Assembly: GCF_009914755.1 (NCBI RefSeq)
Contig: NC_060925.1
DNA length: 64,000 bases
From: the human T2T-CHM13v2.0 reference genome, Homo sapiens
Strand: one strand, 5' to 3'
Shown here: one piece after another, positions 32,526 through 46,357 of the stretch
Numbering within the stretch: position 1 is the first letter of the stretch
Layout: each line of letters opens with the position of its first letter
Position numbers and translations under genes: made by a program
Notes under the pieces: model-generated
The model's database searches: none
What the model was told of the DNA's origin: nothing
What the model saw: only the letters and a program-made list of their open reading frames with translations

Positions 32526-33130
32526 CATGGCTCTGATCCATTCATAGGGCTCTTGCATGAATGGTGGGTGAAGGTGAGCCAGGAGATGCCCAGGTCCTGC
32601 CTACTGGAGGGCTGTGCCAGCCCACCTTGTCTTATTCTGATTCTGGGGTCCAGGGTCAAGGAGGTGGTCAGCAGGCTGGACCCTGCACTTGGGCCTTTGG
32701 TGTGATCCAAGGCCATTGTCCCCACACCCTGGGGCTATCAGTTTACCTGCTGGGCTTGCTTGGGCATCTCAGGACAGTGGGATGGGATGGGGCAGGGTCT
32801 ATTTTTGGTGGTGCCCATAATGGGTTCCTGCACAGGAGCATGTTCCTGGGAACAGAGGTGCTGCAAGCAGGAGCACCTTCAGGTTTTCAAGCACTTGGAC
32901 TTCGCTTCAGCTCCAGATAAGAGGCCTACACAGCAGTGCGAGGGAGTCACCCATGGCCACAGAGAGGGCTGTGGGGCTTCCTTTCTGACATACACTCATC
33001 TGAAGAGAATTTCCTTTCTCTGCCCTCCCCTTTCTTTGCTTGTCTGGGCACAGCCTGGCGCTGCTGTGTGATGAGTTGGTGCCAGGTGTTCAGAGGCCAC
33101 CCCTCCCCAGTGGCTGGCCTCCTCCTCCAT
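32526..33130 (-). pseudogene. Exon-like segment starting AG|ATG (MEEEASHWGG...) with disrupted frames
   Basis: ttctggttccttcatcacag|ATGGAGGAGGAG and CCATG|gtgagg donor; every frame has stops. Confidence 0.3.
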
Positions 33131-33154
33131 CTGTGATGAAGGAACCAGAATACC

Positions 33155-33325
33155 TGCAACAACCACGCAAACTCACAACCACAACTGCCACAAACCACAC
33201 AACAACCATAGCTGCAACAACCACAGCCATTTGACCACACACCACAAGTGCAGTAACTACCAGAACTGCAGCAACCACACAAGCCACAACAGCAGCAACC
33301 ACAACACCCGCACAACCACACATCC
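33155..33325. repeat. Degenerate (CAA/CAC/ACC) trinucleotide-type repeat
   Basis: acaaccacaactgccacaaaccacacaacaacc...; reads Cys/Gly-rich on the minus strand. Confidence 0.8.
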
Positions 33326-33712
33326 ACAGGGGCCATTAGCTGCTGTTTACCAAATGCGTACTTTGCTCTCACTTAAGACCCTGAGATGCAGTCCCGCAGC
33401 CTCCTGCTGTAGATCAGTGGAGGCTGAGGAGGTTGGGTGACTTCCGAAGACTGTCAGGCAGGAATGGGTGGGGCTGGTCTTTGGCTCAGAGACCTTGCTC
33501 CTTGGAGGGAAGGTGTGGTCCTTTGAGGACTTCCGTGTCAATTTGGCTGTAAGCCCTCGAGGTGGAAGCTCTTTCTAGTTTCCTTTTCCAGTGGGTGCCC
33601 TGAGATGCTTGGCTCCGAACTATGAGAATAAGTGGGCCTCCCTGTGTAAAGGGGTTGGGAGCAACAGGCTTGTTTTCCTCTCGTCCCAGTTCTCATTTTC
33701 TGTGGCACCTCA

Positions 33713-34211
33713 TGTGGGAGTTCAGTCAGGCTGGTGGAAAAAATTTTAGATGGAGTTATAGGATATAGACACAAATCTTCTTGGAAGGCTGGGGAGTTCT
33801 GCATAGCTTCAGATAGTTTGGCTGAAGGCAGCCAGATTCTCTTTTCAGGAGCCTAAGAGCTTAGGGCGCAGATACAAAGGCATATAAGGGAGTTTATCTA
33901 AATAGCATGTTTACACATGTGGTCCTAAGACTAACCTTTGACCATTCGTGGGCAGGATGGCTGTCTTTGGGGGAGGGCAACCAGATTAATTACCCATAGG
34001 TGTGTTGACTCAAAGCCTTTGTCATTTAATGTGTGCTGGATAAATGCTGGCAGGACCAGCTAGTTGAGGCCACGGCTGCTACTCTTTACAGCACCTTCCT
34101 TGGTGTTTGTGAGGGGCCCAGACCCTTAACTGGACTGACAAGCAGAATATCTGTGTCACTGTACGTTATTCATCCATCGTTGGGTCAGGGTCTGTGGGAC
34201 AGACCCCCACA
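33713..34211 (+). mobile_element. Solo LTR22 (HERV-K HML-5 family)
   Basis: tgtgggagttcagtcaggctggtgg...gggtcagggtctgtgggacagacccccaca; TG...CA ends; flanks acctca/acctcc. Confidence 0.8.
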
Positions 34212-35669
34212 ACCTCCCACTGGGGAGCAGGCCTCTGGCCTCCTGAAAGCCAATTTCCCAAAGGCCACTTTCCTCCCACCATGCAGTCACAGCTGTATAC
34301 CTGCTGGTCCACCCTGCTGCCTTGGGGGTCCCGTGAAGGCCGGCTCTGTCTTTCTAGCTTTGTGCCTCTGTGCTCTGTGCAGGGCCTGGCATTTAGCAAG
34401 TGGTCTGGCAATGAAGGAAAGAACTTCCCTAGAAGGTTGTAGGGGTCCCCAGATCTTTGTGGCTCACTGTCACGAGTATTTCCAGGTGGATATTTGAGCA
34501 GCAGACTGTCATTGGGAAGCAGGGCCTGGGCTCTGGGCCGCATTGGACAAGCAGTTTCTGCTAGCCAGAATCTGCTAGCTTTCTCTCCTGGGTACCGGTG
34601 AGGTACTGGGCACAGTGGGCTGAGGCCTGTGGCAAGCTGGGCACAGTCATGGTTCTTTCAGTTTCTGTTTCCTATTAGGGACTGACAAGGGAATTAAGGG
34701 GCATGGAGAAGAGTGAGGCAGATGGTCCATGCTTCTGGAGAGCTCCGAGGACCTAGATGTTGGGTGTAGGGGGCGCTGGAGGGGATATCAGAGGAGCCAT
34801 GAGGGGGTCGCAAAGGAGAGGCAGGGAGCGGGTTGGGGTCAGAGTTTGAAGCCAGCTATCAGAGGAGGGAGGGCGCTGGTGGCCTTGCATCATGTGTGGG
34901 GTGGAGAGCACAGCCCAGGAAAAACAGTGATGGGGGAAGGAAGGGGTGAGGTGAGGCTGAAAGAAGACGCAAGCTTCTGCTAAGGAGGCTGGGTTTTATG
35001 TAATAAGCAACTGGGAGTCATGAGCACCGGAAGATGATGCAGTCCACACGTGGCCACTCAGGAAGACAGCTGCATCTTCTGTGAGGAGGCCTGGGGAGAG
35101 CTGTCACCCGGGCAGGATGGTCTACACAAGGTCTGCTGCAAACTCGGGTGCTAGCCTGGGTAGTGGCTGAGAAAATGAGCAGCTGGGACACCAGACGAGC
35201 TGGGCTGGGAAGGACGAGGCTGTGTGGTGCATCACCAGCCAGATGCCTGGGGTTGCAGGCTGGGAGTGGGGAAGGTGTGCCCAGGATTTAGAGGACACTG
35301 GGGGTGGAGAAGTGGGGGCAAGGGACAGGGGGAGAAGGAGAGGGGATAAGGAGAAATGCATTCTAGATCCAAGAGAATAAGATTTAACAGCAAACTTACT
35401 TTGTTCAGTTCATTTCCACATGAGGCTGTGCAAGTGAGAAATGAAGTGTCTCCTCATTACTCTTAATTCTGTCAGTGTTAGGAAGCAAGAAGACTCCCCT
35501 CTTCCAGTCCTGGGGGTTGTTAGTTATGCTGAAAAGCACCCTGTGCTCTTTTTTGATTTCAGAGAAGGGGTACATTTTCCTCCAAGGAAGGGGGAGCCAG
35601 TTCCGGGACCTATCAGACCAGCACCTCTGAGGTTTGCTAAAGTATTTGCCTGGCTGTTCAGAGGCCCTA

Positions 35670-36268
35670 GTAACACAGTCAATTAACACATAATTTGTTT
35701 TATTTATTTATTTAGAGATGGGATCTTGCTCTGTTGCCCAGGCTGGAGTACAGTGGCATGATCTCAGTTCACTGAAACCTCAACTTCCTGGGCTCAAGTG
35801 ATCCTCCTGTCTCAGTCTCCTGAGTAGCTGGGATCACAGGTGTGAGCCACCATGCCTGGCTAATTTTTTTGTGGACATGGGGTTTCACTATGTTGCCGAG
35901 GCTGGTCTTGAACTCTGGAGCTCAAACAATCTACTTGCCTTGGTCTCCCAAAGTGCTGGGATTATGGGCATGAGCCACCACACCTGGCCATAATTTGTAT
36001 GTGTATTATAACTATATTCATACAATAAAGTAAGCTAGAGAAAGGAAAATGTTATTATGAAAGTTGTAAGTGAGAGAATACATTTACTATTCATTAGGTA
36101 GACGTAGATCATCATAAAAGTCTTTACCCTCATAGCCTTTACATTAAGTAGGCTGAGGAAGTGGGAGAGAAGGGGTTGGTCTTGTCTTGGAGTGGCAGAG
36201 GCAGAAGAAAATCTGCATATAAGTAGGCCCAAGCAGTTCAACCCCATGTTGTTTAAGGGTCAACTGTA
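35670..36268. mobile_element. Tigger2-type DNA transposon (MER8/MER28) with inserted antisense AluJ (35700-35988)
   Basis: aataaagtaagctagagaaaggaaaatgttatt...; terminal aagggtcaactg+TA; Alu TSD cataatttgt. Confidence 0.85.
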
Positions 36269-36491
36269 TTTCAAATGAGGAAAGCTTGGGCTAGACTTAG
36301 AGAAAGGTAAGCAGGAGAAAAGTAATCATTAGCATGAAATACCTCTGAATTAGAATGCTGTCCACCTCCTCCCTGTCAAACAGCTGTGTGTACCTGGCTC
36401 AGGCCCCCTATTATTGTTCTCAAGTGTCAATAAAATTCCATCTGTACCTTCACTGGCTCCTTATCTTCATATAGACCCAGATTTTTGTGCA

Positions 36492-36868
36492 TGCATCTTA
36501 GCTCAGATTGCTATAAGAGAATACTAAACTGGGCAGCTAAAGCAACAGACATTTACTTGTTTCTCACAATTTTCAGGATGGAAGTCTGAGATCAGGATAC
36601 CAACATGTTCAGGTCTGGTAAGGGCTCTCTTCCTGGCTTGCAGACAGCCACCTTCTTGCTGTATCCTCAAATGACAGAGAGAGAGAGAGGAAACTCTACA
36701 GTCTCTTCCTCTTCTTATAAGGGTACTAACCCCATTATGAAAGACCAACATTCATGACTTCATTTAAGCCTAATTACCTCCCAAAGGCTTTACCTCCTAA
36801 TACCATCACATTGGGAGTTAGCATTTTAACATATGAATTTTGAGTGACACAAACATTTAGTTCATAAG
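36492..36868 (-). mobile_element. MLT1A-type MaLR LTR
   Basis: gagatcagg...gggctctcttcctggcttgcagacagccaccttc...aacatatgaattttg. Confidence 0.85.
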
Positions 36869-37129
36869 AGTATAGTTACCTTGTTCTCCCAAAAGCTTTT
36901 TTAATTCTTACAAAGGAGTTAACACTAACTAGTTAATAACATGACTTTGAGGGCTAAGAGATATGCTAGTTGGGAAATGTCTAATATGATATAATGCCTG
37001 GCTCACAGCTGGAAGCAATACATCATAGCAATAGTCATTATTGCTTAGATATTTAGTGCTTTTGTAGTTTAGTTCTAAACTTTTGTAATTTTCAATGTGA
37101 TGTCATTCCACATAAATTTTTTACCTGGA

Positions 37130-38200
<1,071 letters not shown>

Positions 38201-38269
38201 AGTTGACATATTACATAATTTAAAAAATTTTCTGTCTCTTCCATAGAATGTAAGTTTCAAGAAGGTAGT

Positions 38270-38639
38270 TGTATTAGTCTGTTTTCACACTGGTATAAAG
38301 AACTGCCTGAGACTGGGTGATTTATAAAGAAAAGAGGTTCAATTGACTCACAGTTCTGCATGGATGGGGAGGGCTCAGGAAACTTACAATCATGGTGGAA
38401 GGGGAGGAGGCACATCTTACATGGTGGCAGGGAAGAGAGAGCATGCAAGAGCAGGAAAAACTGCCTTATAAAACCATCAGATCTTGTGAGAACTCACTCA
38501 CGATCATGAGAACAGCATGGGAAAATCACCCCCATGATCCAAGCACCTCTCACCTGGTCCCTCCCTTGACATGTGGGGATTATAAAGGATTATAATTCAA
38601 GATGAGATTTGGGTGGGGACACAGAACCAAACCATATCA
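38270..38639 (-). mobile_element. THE1D/MSTA-type MaLR LTR inserted into an L2 3' end
   Basis: tgtattagtctgttttcacac...gagatttgggtggggacacagaaccaaaccatatca; flanks gtagt/gcagt. Confidence 0.9.
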
Positions 38640-39305
38640 GCAGTCTTGTTTTGTTGATTATTGTATCTTGAGCACCTAAAACAGTGTCTAGGACATGGTA
38701 GGTGCTTAGAATATTTGCTAAATAAATAATCAATTCCTTAAAAAGTCAGTGTCACATTGCCCTACCATTTTCACTTCTTCTGAAGTGAATTCAATTCCTA
38801 CCATTACATTTTTAGATTACATTTTTTGACTGCCTTTTTAGTCTTTCTCTTGTGGGAGTTATTATTAGTAATTTTAGTCTCTCTCTATGCTCATTCCCTT
38901 TCAACCTAGTGGTTTTGCAGTAGCTTCTTTTTGGTCCTCGCAGCCCCCAATTCAGAACCAGATTTTCAATTGTCAGCTCAGGTATCCATACTGCCATGAT
39001 TTGGGGACGTTGCTGATCCCAACACTGAGCCAGGGGACCTCTTTGGCAAGGTTCCTCTTCAACTGGGATAAGAAGCTTTGTATAAGTCTCAGCCCCAGCA
39101 TTTTATATTCCTGGTTCTTGGGTGTGAAAGCCCCACCCAGTTTCTGGACTGGGAACCCCTGGCCATGTATAGTTCCCCTTTTACCACAAGAGAAGAGAAA
39201 AGCTCCTGGCCACCTCTGCCTGAGTGGTGACCTGGAGAACCTATAGCACCATTTCTGCTGTAGAATTGTATTTCTGTGTTTCTCTGATCCTTGGAGATGC
39301 TGATC

Positions 39306-39572
39306 TTTTTTTTTTTTTTTTTTCCTGGAATGCAATGGCGTGATCTCGGCTCACCGCAACCTCCTGGGCTCAAGCGATTCTCATGCCTCAGCCTCCTGAG
39401 CAGCTGGCAGTACATGAACTTGCCACCACGCCCAGCTAATTTTTATATTTTTAGTAGAGACAGGGTTTCACCATATTGCCTAGGCTGGTCTCGAACTCCT
39501 GACCTTAGGTGATCCACCTGCAGCAGCCTCCCAAAGGGATGGGATTACATGCATGAGCCACTGCGCCCGGCC
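39306..39572 (-). mobile_element. AluS with deletion next to the tail
   Basis: Poly-T then Alu body; TSD agatgctgatctt. Confidence 0.9.
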
Positions 39573-40442
39573 AAGATGCTGATCTTCCGGAGCAAGGCTT
39601 GGACTTTCATTTTTAAAATTTTTATATCTTATGTATTATTGCTAGGTGTTTGGAGTGGTGGGGGGCACTTAAAGCATGGATTTACAGTACTATTGTGCCT
39701 GGAAGGTGTTTGTGTCCCCCATTAAACCTATTGGAACAGCAGGCCCGCGGGGTTCACTCTGGAATGGCTGCAATGCTGACGTTGGAGGACATGTTAAAGC
39801 TCACCTAGCTCTACCTCATCTTACAGAAGCAAGGCCCAGTGGCTTGCTTCAGGCCCCGCATTTTGATAGCCTCGGAGCCAGGAAGGTAAACGTGACTCCG
39901 CGCCTGGGTCTTTGAACACTTGCCTTTGAACATCTGATGTTTTTCACGCAGAATGGCCTTCCTGCTTTGCTGCTGTCTGAGCCTCACAGTTTAAGGGTCA
40001 GCTCTAGTTCTACCCAGTTTTCTGTAGTCTTTTCTTCTTCCCCAGGCATATGGCACTTAAAAGGGAGGGAAAGAGCATGGGTTTTAATCATTACTTAGTG
40101 CCGACCCTGTAGTGGCTCTGCATGTGGGCTGGGCGGAGTGTCTTCACAGTTAATGGCTGTGTGAACGCTCACATTTTATATACGCCACTGCTCTCTAGTG
40201 GTCAACCCAGGCATCAACTCTGTAGTCTGGAACAGTGAGTAAAGCCACCCCAAGCCGTTCATAGCAAACATTAAGGTTCTCATAGTCATAACTTTCCTAC
40301 CATTCATGGAAAAAAAAGTTCAAGTCCTGTTTATTTGGTCTTTCAAAGCCAAATATATTATATTTATTTATATAATCAGAAACTATATATCTACCTCTGT
40401 ATGTAGAGGTACACACATTCTCCCATTGAAGTTGATCATTTA

Positions 40443-41082
<640 letters not shown>

Positions 41083-41129
41083 AAGGTCAAGGGCGGTGGT
41101 TTCCAAACTCCGTCCTTGCTCTTGCAATC

Positions 41130-42010
41130 TCCGGGGAGGGGAGAGGAGCTGAAGTTTAAGTTGATCACCAATGGCCAGTGGCTTTATCAATCATGCCTCA
41201 TAATGAAGCTTCCATAAAAACCCAAAGAGACAGTGTTCGGAGAACTTCCGGATAGCCGAACACGTGGAGGTTCTTGGAGGGTGGCGTGCTCAGGGAAGGT
41301 ATGGAAGCTCCATGCTTCTTCCCCCATACCTTGCCCTATGCCTCTCTTTGTTTATATTCTTTGTAATATCCTTCATAATCTGGTAAACATGTTTCCCTGA
41401 GTTCTGTAAGCCACTCTGGCAAATTAATCAAACCTAAAGAAATGTGGAAAGCCCAGCTTGAGGATCTGTGACTGGTGTCTGGAGGAAGAGGGAGGCATTC
41501 TTGTGGGACTGAGCCCTCAACCTGTGGGATCTGATGCTATCTCCAGGTAGACAGTGTCCGAATTGAATTGGAAGATACCCCTGCAGCTCACGTCTGCTGC
41601 TGAATTGATTGCTTGCATGTTGGTGGGGTAAAACCACCGAGTATTTGGTCACAGAAGTCTGTTGTTTTTTGAGACAGAGTCTTGCTCTGTCACCCAGGCT
41701 GGAATGCAGTGGTGCAACCTCCGCCTCCTGGATTCAAGCAATTCTCATGCCTCAGTCACCCAAGTTGCTGGGATTACAGGTGTGTACCACCACAGCTGGC
41801 TCATTTTTGTATTTTTAATAGAGAAGGGGTTCTTACCATGTTGGCCAGGTTGGTCTCGAACTCCTGGCCTCAAGCTATCTGCTTGGCTTGGCCTCCCAAA
41901 GTGCTGGGATTATAAGCTTGAGCCACTGAGCCCGGCCAAAAGTCTTCTGTATTGATGTTGTTGGTGGTGTGAGAGCAGAAGAAACATTGTTCACGTTTGT
42001 TCCACTCACC
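41130..42010 (+). mobile_element. MER21A/B-type LTR with inserted antisense Alu (41665-41937)
   Basis: ctccggggaggggagaggagctgaag...ttgatcaccaatggcc...tcaacctgtgggatctgatgctatctccaggtagacagtgtc. Confidence 0.8.
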
Positions 42011-43755
42011 TTGGCTGTTGCCACACACCTTGGAGGATGGCATTGCAATTTTGTGTGCCTCCTTTTAAATGCAGAGCAATGGAAGCTGATAAAATATAAG
42101 AAGAGAAAGCCATTGTTTTATGGGGAAGGTCGTTAATATCCTCCCAGGCTTTTAACAGGCCTAAATCTGAGGTGGTACTGGATCAGTTTGTCCCATTTCA
42201 TGGGGCTGAGGGACAGAGGGGGAAGAATCTTTTTTGGGAGCAGCAGTTTTCCCCTCTGTACTCTGGAAGGAGCATCTTCTTGCAGTTGCTCCAAGTTGCA
42301 GACTGGTCTCAGGGTCCTCTCATCTCTAATTGGTGTCCCCCTTGGTTCATCTGTCTGACTGCATGTCCTAGCAAGTCACAGTCCTATCCCAGGCATCAAG
42401 GCTGAATTTCAAGGTGTCCTTAAGGTATGTCTTCTGGTCACCCTGTTTATAAATGCAGGCCTTAATTCTCCACTCAGCAGCCTCTACGGCACTCATTAGT
42501 AGCTGTGTTTCTTTTTTCAAATATAACCTTTATGGTAGAGTCATAATATGGAAAAGATGCCAGCAGATTGAAATTTTGTAAATCAAATAATTTTGATTGC
42601 TCTGGGAGCTCACAATTTAAGGAATCCTGTGGTGAATTCTTTTGTAGACCGAGTAATCAGCCCTCTCTTTGTTTTAAAAATTCAGGTTTTAATATATTAT
42701 CTTGCCTGAGGGAGATGATTCCACACATATTAAAAATAAAAAAGATGCAAAGAAAAGATCCCATCTTCATGCTCCCCTTCCATATTTAAGTGGCAGTCTG
42801 TAATCACAATTATCCAGCTCTCAAGCAATTACACTAAATATTAATGAAAGAACCCTAGTCACACAACTGCGCCCAAGGGAAGCTTCTGCCTGAAAGTCAG
42901 GGTTAATGGCCTCACAATCGTTTTAATGGATTTTCAATGAAGTGTGAAGATGACAGGCCAACAAGGGTGAGGTTCCATGACAGAGCACAATTAGCATCTT
43001 CCCATTAGTACCTGACCTTGTTTCTATTTTTATTTCTTTACAATCCTGGTGAACTGATTCCCTGAGTATGTATTTATTAGTTTATGTTGAACACAACTCA
43101 TAAGACCTTTGTTAACTCAGAGTAAGAGCGCCCATCTCCACTGCTTCTGCGGGAGAGGTGTTATAGCTTTGTTCCGTGGGGGGTATTGGTAAAGACCCTC
43201 CTGATGATGTTTAGACAGCAAGGCTGATGCCCGCACATTCTAATGACTGACACGCTGCTGCTTTCTACTGGCCCTTTCTAACTCCCTGGCCCCCTTGTGT
43301 TCCACCCTTGTGACTCCAACCCCTGAAGAACTCGGCCTGAGACACCCAGCTCCCAGTGCCTGATCCTCTGTTGTTTCTTTGTCCTCTGGAGTAATTGCTA
43401 GTGGTTACAAGCTCAGCCCCTGGAATCACATTGATTGGGATGGAATCCTTCCTCTACTAGCTGTGTCTTTTGGCAAGTCACTTGATCGTTTGGTGCCTCA
43501 GTTTCCTCAGCTGTAAGATCAGCCTTTAGTGCCTGTGGGCAAGCCAAGGGCCTTCTGTGGAACTCCTCCAGGGTGCCCTGTCTTCCTCCCGCATTTTGAG
43601 TCCACGTTCTTAAACCCCAGGAGTTTCCTTGACTCCCCTCTTAGCACTTCTGGGGACTCAGATTTTGCTCCGAATCTCTGGTTCCCTGACTGAGTCCCCT
43701 CTTTCAGAAAGGCTGCAGAAACTCTTTTTCCTTGTTTTAAAATTGGTGTTCTAAC

Positions 43756-43975
43756 CTAGGGATTGGCAGACTATGGCCTGCCAACCACATCTAGCCCACA
43801 ACTTATTGTTATAAATAAAGTTTTATTGGAACAAGCCAGGCTTATTCATTTATGTATTGTCTATGGCTGCTTTCAGGCTGCCACAGCAGAAGTGCGTAGC
43901 TGTGACAGAGACAGTGGCTCACAAGTCTAAAATATTACTATCTGGCTTTTTCCAGAAAATGTTTACCAACCCTTT
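43756..43975. mobile_element. MER58A (hAT-Charlie)
   Basis: ggattggcagactatggcc...aaataaagttttattggaac...tgtattgtctatggctgctttc. Confidence 0.85.
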
Positions 43976-44009
43976 CCTGTGTCCAACCCTTGAAACGTTT
44001 ACCAACCCT

Positions 44010-44430
44010 TGAACTGTGTCCCCACAGAAAGATATGTTGAAGTCCTAACCTCCAGTACCTCAGAACGTGACCTTATTTGGAAATAGGGTCTTCACAAAGA
44101 TAATCAAGTTAAAATAAGTTCATTAGGGTGGGCCTTAATCAATATGAGTAGTGTCCTTATGAAAAGGGGAAATTTAGACACAGAGACAAACGCACACACA
44201 GGGAAGATGTTGTGAAGACAACACCCTGTGAAGAGGCAACACCCTGTGAAGAGCGAGGCATCTATGCCTGAGGCTACCAGAAGCCTGTAGGGAGGCCTGG
44301 AACAGCTCCTTTCTGAGGGCAACGTGGTCTTAGACTTTAGGCCTCTAGAGCTGTGAGACAATAGATTTCTGTTTTTTTAAGTCACCTGGTATGTGGCAGT
44401 TTGTTATGGCAGCCCTAGGAAATGAATGCA
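44010..44430 (+). mobile_element. MLT1B-type MaLR LTR
   Basis: tgaactgtgtcccc...gatatgttgaagtcctaacc...ttgttatggcagccctaggaaa. Confidence 0.85.
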
Positions 44431-44534
44431 CTGCCTAACCAATTCTTTTCTTTATTCCTTGTTGTTCTTTTATGTAACACATTTGTATGTTGTGCCAGGT
44501 CACTTCAAGGTGGCCCTCATACATGAGGTAATGG

Positions 44535-45265
44535 TGTCACCACCCAGTGTGTTCATTTTGCCTGCTGCCCAGAAAGAGCTGAAGATCAACACTGGGGAAT
44601 TGCAATAGAGAAAGAGTTTAATTCACGTAGAGATGGCTAAACAGGAGACCAGAGCTATATTATAACTCAAATCAGCCTCCCCCAAATTTTGGAGGCTAGA
44701 GTTTTTCAAGGTTATTTTGGCAGGCAGGGGGAATGGGTGTTGCTGATTGGTTGGGGATGCAATCCTAGGGCTGCGGAAAACAGTCCTTGTGTGTTGAGTC
44801 CACCTCTGGGTCGGGGAGCCACAGGCTGGCTGAGTCTTGAGCCACTTGTCCAGGTGGGTAAGTCTGAAAAAGATCTCAAAAGACCAGTCTTAGGTTCTGT
44901 GATAGTGCTGTGATCTGCAGAATTAACTGGGGAGGTTGCAAATTTTCTGACCTCTGGAATAATGGCCAGTAATCGTTTATGTCTACACCTCAGCAGCATC
45001 TAGTCTCTTCTCATCCTCTTAACCTGGTGGCCTTTCATTCATAGATTTTCATTAGTAAACCACCTTTCATTTCAAAGGCAGTTTAGTTTTGGGGAAGGGC
45101 TATTACCATTTAAACTGTAAACTAAATGTCTCCCAAAGGTAGCTTGGCCCATGCCCAGGAATGATGGAGGAAAATTTGGAGGTTAAAGACAAAATGGGGG
45201 TTGGTTAGATCAGATCTCTTTTGCTGTCATAATTTTCTGTTATAATTTTTGCAAAGGCAGTTTCA
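44535..45265 (-). mobile_element. LTR8-family (LTR8A-like) ERV1 solo LTR
   Basis: ggggaattgcaatagagaaagagtttaattcacg...gttataatttttgcaaaggcagtttca. Confidence 0.8.
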
Positions 45266-45647
45266 GCAGGGCCACTTGTCAACTCGTTTAACAGGTGACG
45301 GAGGCTCAGAGGCTTTGAGGGCCTTGTGCAGGGGCCCCTTGTAGGGCAGCAGTGGGGAGAGAACCAGCAATTCCCGAGGGCCCATTCTGTGCTTTCCTCA
45401 CATCACTTCGCGGCCCCCACAGCCAGCTGAGGAATTATAGGAAGAATCAGGCAGTTATGACTGGAAAAAGTGTGCTTTCTCTCCTGCCTCACTTCCCTGT
45501 CTCTGCGGGCTACTCAGCCACCTGAAGGACTGTCACTGTTGGAACCAGCCTGCACGGGATGTGGAATGTCTAGGGAAGTTGTTTCTTCCAAGGACAATGC
45601 TGGCCTCACCAGTGTGTGGCAATAAGAGACAGGATTGCTCTAGAGAC

Positions 45648-46357
45648 TGAAACCACCTTTGCAAAAATCATAACTGAGAAAATTATGACAGTGAAAGATA
45701 CCAGACATAACTGACCCCATCTTGCTTCTAACCTCTAAACTGTCCTTATTCATTCCTGGGTATAGGCTGAACTAGCTTTGAGAAGGAATTTAGTGTATAG
45801 TTTATATAATAGCCCTTCCCAAAAGGCTAAACTGTTCTTGTAAAACAAATGAAAGGCCACCAGCTATGAAGTCAAGATGACAGTGGCTAGAATTCTAACT
45901 ATTACCAGCCATTATTCCAGAGGTCGTAAGATTTGCAACTTCCCCAGTTACTCTTGAAGGTAACATCACTATTGTGAACCCAAGATCTGCCTTTTGAGAT
46001 GTCTTTTCAGGTTTTTACATTTCTAACAACTGGATGGCCCCACCTGGACCTGCCAACCAGTTCTGGGGCCCCCACCCAGGAACTGACTCAGCAGAAGAGA
46101 ACAGCTTTGACTCCCTATGATTTCATCCCCTGGCCAACCAATCAGTACTCCTGATTCACTGGCCCCTGACTCACCAAATTATCCTTAAAAACTCTGATCC
46201 CTGAGTTTTCCAGAAGACTGATTTGAGTAATATTAAAACTCTGATCTCCCGCACAGCTGGTTCTGCGTGAATTACTATTTCTCTGTTGCAATTCCCCTGT
46301 CTTGATAAATTGGCTCTGTTTAGGCAGGAGGCAAGGTGAACCCCTTGGGCGGTTACA
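45648..46357 (+). mobile_element. LTR8 ERV1 solo LTR
   Basis: tgaaaccacctttgcaaaaatcataactgag...caaggtgaaccccttgggcggttaca; flanks agac/ggac. Confidence 0.85.

Noticed and set aside
32529-32555. PYEWIR, similar to the CDX/HOX hexapeptide
   Set aside because: No homeobox exon found downstream on that strand; a short match expected by chance
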